Positions 54,799 to 64,000 of a stretch of 64,000 nt of DNA are shown in pieces; position 1 is the first letter of the stretch, and each line of letters begins with the position of its first letter. A model generated the notes under the pieces. It was not told where the DNA came from, made no database searches, and saw only the letters and a program-made list of their open reading frames with translations. A program made the position numbers and the translations under genes. The stretch is from Antedon mediterranea (lineage: Eukaryota > Animalia > Echinodermata), in the NCBI RefSeq assembly GCF_964355755.1, contig NC_092680.1, positions 5,084,001 to 5,148,000 of the forward strand, in the 5' to 3' direction.

Positions 54799-56563
54799 CA
54801 GTAACTGCTAATAAGGGGCATCTTCGGTATCTAACAAAGTGTCCCCTTCTAACAGGAAAGGGCCCTCTTAATAGGGATGTCTCTTTAGGTGTGTCCTTAT
54901 AGGTGTGTCCCCTTAAGTAAAGAGGTCCGTTTAAGGGTGTCAACTTATTATGGGTATTTCCTTTAGGAGTGTCCACTTGATAAAGATGTCCACTTGATAA
55001 GGATGTCCTCTTTAATAGGGATGTCCTCTTTAATAGGGATGTCCCTTTAGGGGTGTCAACTTAACACGGGTATCCCTTAGGTGTGTCCTTATAGGTGTGT
55101 CCCCTTAATTTGGATGTCCCTTTAGGGGTGTCAACTTAATATGGGTATTTACTTAGGAGTGTCCACTTGATAAGGATGTCCTCTTTAATAGGGGTGTCCT
55201 GATAATTTGGATGTCCCTTTAGGGGTATCAACTTAACACAGGTATCCCTTAGAGGTGTCCTCTATAGGTGTGTCTATATGTCCTCTTAGTATGGGTGTGC
55301 CCTGAATAGGGATGTCCCTTTTAGGGGTGTCAACTTAATATAGGTATTTCCTTAGGAGTGTCCTTTGATAAGGATGTTCCCCTTATTAATAGGGATTTCC
55401 CCTTAATTTGGAAGTCCCTTTGGGGGTGTCAACTTAACACGGGTATCCCTTAGGGGGGTCCTTATAGGTGTGTCCCCTTAAATTGGATGTCCCTTTAGGG
55501 GTGTCAACTTAACACGGCATAGGTGTGTCCCCTTAATTTGGATGTCCCTTTAGGGGTATCAACTTAACACAGGTATCCCTTAGTTTAGAGGTGTCCTCTA
55601 TAGGTGTGTCTATATGTCCTCTTAGTATGGGTGTGCCCTGAATAGGGATGTCCCTTTTAGGGGTGTCAACTTAATATGAGTATTTCCTTAGGAGTGTCCA
55701 CTTGATAAGGATGTTCCCCTTATTAATAGGGATGTCCACTTAATTTGGATGTTCCTTTAGGAGTGTCAACTTAACACGAGTATCCCTTAGGGGTGTCCTT
55801 ATAGGTGTGTCCCCTTAAATTGGATGTCCCTTTAGGGGTGTCAACTTAACACGGCATAGGTGTGTCCCCTTAATTTGGATGTCTCTTTAGGGGTGTCAAC
55901 TTAACACGGCATAGGTGTGTCCCTTTAATTTGGATGTCTCTTTAGGGGTGTCAACTTAACACGGGTATCCCTTAGGTATGTCCTTGTAGGTGTGTCTCCT
56001 TAATTTGGATGTCTCTTTAGGGGTGTCAACTTAACACAGGTATCCCTTAGGTGTGTCCCCTAAAATTGGATGTCCCTTTAGGGGTGTCAACTTAACACAG
56101 GTATCCCTTAGGTGTGTCCTTATAGGTGTGTCCCCTTAATTTGGATGTCCCTTTAGGGGTGTCAACTTAATATGGGTATTTACTTAGGAGTGTCCACTTG
56201 ATAAGGATGTCCTCTTTAATAGGGGTGTCCTCTTAATTTGGATGTCCCTTTAGGGGTATCAACTTAACACAGGTATCCCTTAGAGGTGTCCTCTATAGGT
56301 GTGTCTATATGTCCTCTTAGTATGGGTGTGCCCTGAATAGGGATGTCCCTTTTAGGGGTGTCAACTTAATATGGGTATTTACTTAGGAGTGTCCACTTGA
56401 TAAGGATGTCCTCTTTAATAGGGGTGTCCTCTTAATTTGGATGTCCCTTTAGGGGTATCAACTTAACACAGGTATCCCTTAGAGGTGTCCTTATAGGTGT
56501 CTATATGTCCTCTTAGTATGGGTGTGCCCTGAATAGGGATGTCCTAAAGGAGGGCTTCTACTG
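54799..56563. repeat. Tandem array of 13-18 bp GTCC(C/T)..TTA..GG(G/A)T monomers with higher-order structure, inside MITE family F ends
   Basis: Begins TA-CAGTA and ends TTCTACTG-TA. Monomers match the family F internal motif, and a roughly 199-bp block recurs (ATGGGTATTTACTTAGGAG at 55141, 56172, 56371). Confidence 0.9.
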
Positions 56564-59500
56564 TATCTAATACAGTATCTAATAGTAATTAGGCTCTATT
56601 GTAGTGACATTGTATAACAGTTAATGAGGTAGTATAGATATATTTCAATAAAATAAATCTAAAGTAATAAAATATTTTAAATAATCCAAGCAAGTTATAT
56701 TAAAGCTTTTAATTCCAATGCCATTTCGATTTTAGAATTATTATGTAAATATAGTACTGTCAATAACAATAACACCGTTTATAGAAATATGAACAATCTG
56801 TGTATTCAATGTCAATCCACTATTAGTATACAACTACACTAACTACTGTACCTAAAATACATTTTCGATTGGACAGCAAAAATTGCACACATATTTAAAA
56901 CATAACCATTCCGATACTCAGTAGAACCCATTTATTAAGGGGACACCTTCTGGATTCAACATTGTCCCCTTAAATAGGGGTTGAATTTAGTGTTAAAATA
57001 CTGTTCGTTTCAGGCATGTCGTAAAGAATGTGTTCTACTGTAGGTCTATATTACTGTGTGTATTCTTGAATGGGGACAATGTTTTTAAACTCTATCTACA
57101 ATCATGTAGTTTGACAACAACAAAATGTGATGTGCCCAAATATGGTAGTGATATGCTTAAATATGGTAGGATGACATTATCAAGCCCATATATGGGCACA
57201 ACACAAAGTGTACAGACAGATTACAAGTACTGTATCAACTTACAGTAGTACTGTATATTCTCACAACTGCCAATCTTTCTTCACAAAAATTAAAGTTCAA
57301 ATTTTGCGAATATTTTGTGATATTAAATTTGTTAACAGCTGAAGAAAAGGAATTTACAATGCAAAAAAACCTATTGACATGAGTATGTACTGTAAATCTA
57401 GGAAGGAATATTTATAACCAGGTTATTTAATAATCTATACTTTAAAGAAAAGATTAATTTACGGAAATGTTGCTACCAGTATTATTCTGTCTGAATTATC
57501 ATGTAATAATCGGCTTTATAGTGTAGTAGATAGCAAAATATAAATATTATTTTTAGATATTAATTAATAATTATGCATGGTATTAGTATAGTAGTAGTAA
57601 CATATTGTAGAGTAGAATAACATTTTTTTTTTTTATTCATTCATTAATTCATCTAACCAAAAAAATTGCATTAAAGTCAGAATTTTAATTTTTAATAATT
57701 AAAAAATGACCAGTTAAGTACAATTGGATGGGACACATTGACTTTACAAAGTGTACCCAATCATGGAGTTCTGCAGTGTTAAGACATTGTCCCTTTCCAC
57801 AAGTGTCCCCTTAATAGATTTCTTTCCTTAATAGAGTCCAAAAGAAGGGTGTTTGGTTCTACTGCATATTTAATTTAAAAAAAAAATGTTTATAAAAACA
57901 CTTCCAATTGCCAATATAGATATATATTTTTTTTGTCCTTTTATTTTAAATCACAAAATCCTGCAACACATAAGAAAGATGCCTTTACATCTCTATGCCT
58001 AATCATACTCTTGGTCATACCATCTCAATATTTGCTTTTTAAAACAATTAAAAATAAAATTACCAAGGACAACAGTAGGCCTACAATGCAAGTATGGAGT
58101 GAAGCACGTCAACTTGAAGTAAACAAATTTACTTGTAACTTGATCGTGCGATGATGAACAGCAAAAACCGCCCAAAACTAAGTTAAAACTACTAAACAAA
58201 ATTCAACTTACGTATATTTTATGTAAAAATGGTAAAATCTAGTATTTCCAGAAAGATAGCAAAAGCACTCCTTACACGTGTAAATGTACAGTAAATCTGA
58301 TATCAATCAAATGACACATTTCAATACTTTTGAGTCAATCAACATAGAAAAAAATCATTACCACTTCACCAACCTACTATTGATTCTCACAGATTCTCCT
58401 GAGTACAATAAGCACTTCTGATTGGCTATAGATATCGTATGCTGTGAATAACAGAAATTTGACTCGGCTGTATGTGTGTAGTGTTGGCTTGTTTACTATA
58501 ACAAGCAATGCTAAGGATAATGTCTAATTGGCCATGACGGACTTGTTGTATTGGATCTAATTAGCTTAGCTAAACAATGTAAATGTCATAAGGCTAGTTT
58601 GATTATGTCAAAGGCCTGTTTATTTTATTTAAGTATTGCATTTATCTCAACATGGAGTAATCTATATATAAATTATGGTTAATTCTGACATAGGCGAGCA
58701 CAATGGAAAAACTTCGGGACAAATCTCCGCCTTGGATACCTACCTCATCTATCTCAGATGTACCGTGAAACTTAGATTTGAGAACGTTAGTTCCCACTAT
58801 TACGATATTGTTCCATATTTCTATCTTAGGAAGATATTATAAAGAGTTTTATAAAAAAATTTATGATTTCATCGGTAGATTTTTAACTCTACCCGCTGTA
58901 GAAGTAAATTCCGGGTTCACGATAAGGTGTTTCAACACCTTGCAACTTCCTGCATGGTTGGTTTCAACTAAGTTGGCTGTTGGTGGCGATAGCCATTTTA
59001 GTTTTTTGTTTATTTTCGGACCGCGCATGTGAAGGTATAGTAGTGGCTAAAGATCAAATTAAATATATTCATAAAACATAGGAGTATATTGTGGGGAATA
59101 AGTATATAAAATTACATCAAGGGATGATGATAAGATAAGAGCTTTTGTTTGAAATCGAATGAAACCCCGATAGCCAAGTTTTTTGTAATAAAAGGGAAAA
59201 GGTAGCCTACATTTGATTCACATTGAAACAGTAACATTTAGTTTGATTTTTGTGCAAACAAAACAAACATGCAAAACAATTATATATATTTGGTTTTTGA
59301 TATATATTAAACATTATATTTATTTCGATTTATAAACATGCCTACTGTAGTATTTATTTAATTATACACATTACAATCAAAATAACAAAAAAACACCAGG
59401 GCATTTATTTGAATAAATATGCATACTCCCTCTCTCTACTAGGCCTACTCTCTCTGATGATGATATACACAGATGTTGCGGGCGGGGGAGACATCTCAAA

Positions 59501-60105
59501 AAGAGTTCAGTATTCATTAAGTAATTAATTGTTTAATCGTAATTTGTTTATTAATTTGGCCTGCAAAATACAGGATTCAAAGTTCATACAAAAAAGCTAG
59601 GCCTAAGTTGAAGTTTTACAGTGATGGCTGACACCACTAACCAACATTCAACGAGGCCTGGCTGGTGCAGCAGGACGAATTAGGTCTAGGCCTAGCTAGG
59701 TACTTGAGACGGAGCTTGAGACAGTTTAGTAGGCCTATGTCTTTTTTAAAAGCACACCCTGTATGACCAGGGAAGAGTGTAATTTAACTCTTCCCTGGTA
59801 TGACTAATCTGCAGCATATAGTTTTATATATCATTCTGCATTTATCCAAAATATTCATATGATAAAAATAAAAACACACTAATTCTAATCTAGCCTACTA
59901 CTGTACTGGCTAGCTAGACATACCGTCACATTCTGTCATCAATTCCAGTCCATCACACACTGTTGTGGTCCTCAAGTGTTGGTGCACATGTATTTCATTC
60001 ACTTCCTGGTTGCTCACGGTTGAGTAACCAGCAACTTTCCTCCAATCCGAAAAAAGATTTGAACTATAATAATTCTAAAAGATTAACAAAATTAATAATA
60101 TTATA

Positions 60106-61127
60106 CTAACAATAGAATACCATCTTCCCCACTACACCTGCATACACTCATTTGCATAACAACGCACGGCATAGCAAACTACGATGAGATATAAATTCTC
60201 TTCTAAACACGTAACGAAGATTAATATTATTATAAAATATATAAATTCTTTTTTTTTAAATAAAATTGAGGGCGCTAAACATAAAATTTACAAAATCAAA
60301 AATACAGGTGGCATGAAAGCCACAGAAAAACAAAAGATGTTTATTCGTGTATTCACACGACGCTCAGTCGGCTGAGCTAACCGGTCATCTTGCTTTGAAT
60401 AGTGTTAATATGTATATTTATGACGTAATGATGAATTACGTAATATACGTATAAATAGACTATTATCAGCTGTTCAGTAGTCATGTACATTGTGACGCAA
60501 CGACTAATGCTCAGGTTTGAGTGCTCTTAGCTCTACAGATAGGGTTCGAACCTCTGCGGATATATACATTTTTTTTTAATGGAAAATATATTGTTTTTCT
60601 TTTATTTTGAAAGAGAGATATTTAGAGTGTTGTAAATGTCAGGTCTAGGCCTAAACAAGTGGACCTTTCGTTTAACAAAAATCAGAATGGTATTCATTTT
60701 TCTATTAAATAGACTACCATAAAACCTAAAAAAGAAGACCATGCGTTCCTTCATACTTTAGTACTCTTGGATGGGCTTCTTTTCGAGATTACGTTTGCAA
60801 ACTAAAAGAAAGGAGCTGCTAGGTTCCCGCACGGAAAATTGCTTCTTTACATGACTTTTGAACAATCTTAAGAAAATAAAAATTTAGCAGTGTGGCGTGT
60901 TGACCGCGAATTGCTAACAATACCATCTTCCCCACTACATCTGCATAAACTCATTTGCATAACAACGCACGGCATACCAAACTACGATGAGATATTAATT
61001 CTCTTCTAAACACGTAACGAAGTGAATTATTTAATTCCCTTTTTTCTGATTAAAATTGAGGGCACTAAACATAAAATTTACAACATCAAAATTACAGGTG
61101 TCGAAAGCCACTGAAAAACAAAAGATG
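60106..61127 (+). repeat. Local duplication of a roughly 220-bp block (60106-60339 and 60914-61127), each copy with an ATTTGCAT octamer
   Basis: Direct alignment by eye; octamers at 60150-60157 and 60953-60960. Confidence 0.85.
60344..60386 (-). pseudogene. tRNA-Ile(AAT)-like 5' fragment lacking the T arm
   Basis: GACCGGTTAGCTCAGCCGACTGAGCGTCGTGTGAATACACGAA resembles GGCCGGTTAGCTCAG...GAGCGTCGTGCTAATAAC; no B box. Confidence 0.45.
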
Positions 61128-61767
61128 ATGTTAAATGCGCTCAGCACTAAGACCCTGCCACAGCCTTTTGGGGTCGTTTCCAGCACATCACCAGATGCAT
61201 TGATGTTGTCGTCTCACGATGTGTGGTGGAAAGGGGGACGTATAATTCTGTGAACCCCAAAGACAGTAGCTCGCATAGCTTTAACAGTCTATTCCACCAC
61301 GTCAACGTTCCGATAAGCGTGGGATTTTAACTCACGGCATGTTGACGTCATCAAAATAAAATGGCGGTAACGCATACAATAGATAATTGATTGACAACAA
61401 TTTGGGTAAAAATAAGATACAGATTAGTGAGATCTGTGATTGATTACGCTGGGGCGGATCCAGAGGGGGGGTCCACGGGGTCCGGACCCCCCCTAAATTT
61501 TAAGGGTGCCCTTTTTTTAGAGGTTCAATATTTTATTCGTGTGACATATTTGTGTGTATATAAGTATGCACAGAGTAGGCTACACTAACCCCAAAAATAA
61601 AAACAGAAATTTATCACAATGCGTGCGATGTTAAGTTACGGCGGCCGATCAAAGAGCATCGTGAGAGGTGGTGACGCGTGATGATCTCTACTTAAACTTC
61701 TAAAAATAGATCGTTTCACATACTACAGAGGGCGCATTTAAACTTTTTTCGCGCTATTTTCAAGAAG

Positions 61768-62020
61768 ATGCCTCGTAAGGAGAGAGGGAGAAAGCGCAAA
61801 CAGCAAGATTTGGCAGAACAAGCCAAACATTGTGTCAAATTAGGTGGCTGGTTGTTACATACTAGTAATAAGGATGATCAGCTAGATACCTCTGGACCAC
61901 CTATTTTTTTACCCGCCGCCGCTGAAGTCTGTAATAATGATCAGCAAGGCTTAGATACCTCAAGCTCTGGACCACCTACTTTTTTACCCGCCGCCGCCGA
62001 CGAGGTCTGTCTCTTCCCAG
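61768..62020 (+). CDS. hAT transposase exon 1 (MPRKERGRKRKQQ..., NLS-like start)
   Basis: ATG at 61768, donor CAG|GTTAGT, 253 nt, phase 1. Confidence 0.7.
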
Positions 62021-62573
62021 GTTAGTACACTGTACCTACAATTCAGTATTAACTAAGTTAGTCTATATTATTAGCCTAATGATCATAATACAGTAAGTGT
62101 ATATTTAGGTCTAGGCTTAGGGTAGTATTTCCTAGTTAAATTACCTTGCATACATTTTAGTAAATCTATTCTTAATCTTAACAGCGCAGGGACTCCATTT
62201 TCATTACCACGATTAAACGGCGCGCACGTTACTATGCGCGTAATGCCGCAATTCGCGCGGTGTTGTTACACATTATTAATAAACACTTTTTAGTTTTATT
62301 CTGAAAATAAATTAATCATGAAAATATTTTTTTTAGTGAATATTTATTTACCTATAATATAAGATCAAGTATGTTTTATTTCCATTTCACTCAACCACAA
62401 ACATGTGAATAATGAATGTGGTTGTTAAAACTAAAAAGATTGTTATTAATATTATCGTCCTACTAGCTAGATAGAGGCCTATAATATACTATCTATAGCA
62501 TAGGCCTAGCTAGTAGTAGTAGTATAGCTTTTTTGTTTACTACGAAACCCTCGAACGGCTTTTTCTACACCAG

Positions 62574-62684
62574 GTGTTGATGAGGATGGTAACCTATCCG
62601 ATCCAGAAACGGCCGTCAATGATGACATTGATGTAGACATTCAACTTCCTGTGGATTTAGAGATGCCCATTGAGCAAGAAGGAG
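62574..62684 (+). CDS. hAT transposase exon 2 (acidic linker)
   Basis: Acceptor ttttctacaccag, donor GAG|GTAAAT, 111 nt, phase 1-1, open reading frame. Confidence 0.7.
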
Positions 62685-62830
62685 GTAAATAATAATTCGT
62701 CACGACTGTCCATGTTCATGATGCAGACAGTATCACGCGTTAGTGAAGAATGTATGTATCCTAAACAACTATAAAATTAAAAATTTACAAAACGGACATA
62801 TTTTCAATTAATGTTCTGATTATTTTGCAG

Positions 62831-64000
62831 TTATTTGCAAGGATGTTGGGGACATTGTTAACAAGCTTATTGATATATCAACTCTAACACCATCAGAAAA
62901 GCTTAAATACATCGACAACCACTTTGTACCCGATTCAAACTATAAGCATTTTTTAAAACAAATAGTAATGCAGGGTGAAGGTCGATCAAAGACACTAACT
63001 TTTCAGTATTCGTGGTTAGATCAATATAAGTGGTTAGTGTACAGCCCATCAGATCATGGTGGATACTGCAAGTATTGTGTGATGTTCCCTCCAGATAAGA
63101 CTAATTTATCCAATGCCGTATTAGTTGGGAGACCATTTAAAATTCTTAAGCACGCCAAAGGTAAAGATGGAGTACTTGATTGCCACACTAATTTCCTGTA
63201 TCATAAAACTGCTGTAGACAAATACAAGCAGCTTAGTATGTCTTTCCTGCATCCTGAACATCATGTTGATGTTCTGCTAAATGACGCTAGCAAACAAATC
63301 TACAAGGACAACATCCATATTCTCCAAAGTATCATCGAGGCAGTACTGCTATGTGGCAAGCAGAATATTGCCCTTCGTGGCCATCGAGATGATAGTACAA
63401 GCAGCTGTAGCAACACTGGGAACTTTCTGGCCATATTAAAGTTATTAAGTGGTAGAGATCCAATATTGAGGAAACACCTGGAATCTAGTAATAAAAATAG
63501 CACTTACACTTCGAAAACCATACAAAATGAATTGATAGGTATAATTGGTGAATTTGTTAGGAATAAGATAACAATTGATTTGTCTGATCAAAAGTATTCG
63601 AAGTACTACACTATTATAGCCGATGAGGTTACTGATACTACCACCAACAAAGAGGTATTATCAATTTGTTTACGGTTCTTAACCGGTGATGAGCAGGTGG
63701 AAATTGCAGAACATTTTGTCGACTTTGTCAACTTAAACCGCACCACAGGCAAGGCGATTGCTGATGCCATCATGAAATCGTTGAGTGACAATGGATTCAA
63801 CTACCAAAATCTCAGAGGTCAGGCATACGATGGGGCTTCGGCTATGTCATCTGCTGTAAGAGGTGTGAATGGTAGAATAAGAGAGGTAGTACCATTAGCA
63901 CTATACTCCCACTGTAAAAGTCACATTCTGAATTTGAGTATCGCATCATCCTGTAAGCTACAAGAAATTAGAAATATGATTGGTTCAATCAATGAAGTAT
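62831..64000 (+). CDS. hAT transposase main exon (ZMYM1/THAP12-like: TTF-type zinc finger plus DUF4371), truncated by the window end
   Basis: Open to the window end. Motifs: FQYSWLDQYKWLVYS...YCKYC, ALRGHRD, GNFLAIL, YTSKTIQNELI, IIADEVTD (first catalytic D), QAYDGASAMS (second catalytic D), HCKSHILNL (CxxH). Confidence 0.95.

Larger units (their letters stand above)
61449..64000 (+). mobile_element. hAT-superfamily DNA transposon, 5' portion, apparently intact
   Basis: GC-rich left end CTGGGGCGGATCCAGAGGGGGGGTCCACGGGGTCCGGACCCCCCC, typical of invertebrate hAT termini, followed by a three-exon transposase gene. Confidence 0.85.

Noticed and set aside
54799-56563. CRISPR-like repeat array
   Set aside because: No unique spacers: all intervening sequence is monomer variants. 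The context is eukaryotic and no cas genes are present.
60520-60560. GGTTCGAACC B-box/T-arm fragment (also at about 23305-23330)
   Set aside because: No cloverleaf; an isolated tRNA or SINE remnant.
63300-63800. Minus-strand ORFs within the transposase
   Set aside because: Antisense shadows of the plus-strand transposase frame.

Overview
AT-rich eukaryotic (invertebrate metazoan-type) genomic DNA. Most of the window (about 459-46000, minus strand) is the intron-rich 5' part of a GRAM-domain gene most similar to GRAMD2B/GRAMD3. Four exons carry the GRAM domain and its immediate C-terminal flank (4199-4277, 1872-1975, 1378-1473, 459-545). Three linker exons (4752-4812, 21390-21518, 24385-24453) splice in frame, and several ATG-initiated candidate alternative first exons all end in a phase-2 donor. 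The gene runs off the left edge. The right end (61449-64000, plus strand) holds the 5' part of an apparently intact, intron-containing hAT transposon (TTF-type zinc finger plus DUF4371, ZMYM1/THAP12-like transposase). The introns are dense with non-autonomous elements: PIF/Harbinger-, Tc1/mariner-, Kolobok- and Helentron-type elements, SINEs, LINE scraps and a Penelope-type hammerhead. The most unusual signals are four 18-50 bp perfect or near-perfect hairpins each flanked by a 7-bp target-site duplication, a 1.8-kb higher-order satellite grown inside a MITE, heavy enrichment of TACAGTA/TACTGTA and TAGGCCTA words that resemble excision footprints, and a duplicated octamer-containing block followed by two foldable RNA-like segments. 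All calls come from manual reading; no database searches were run.
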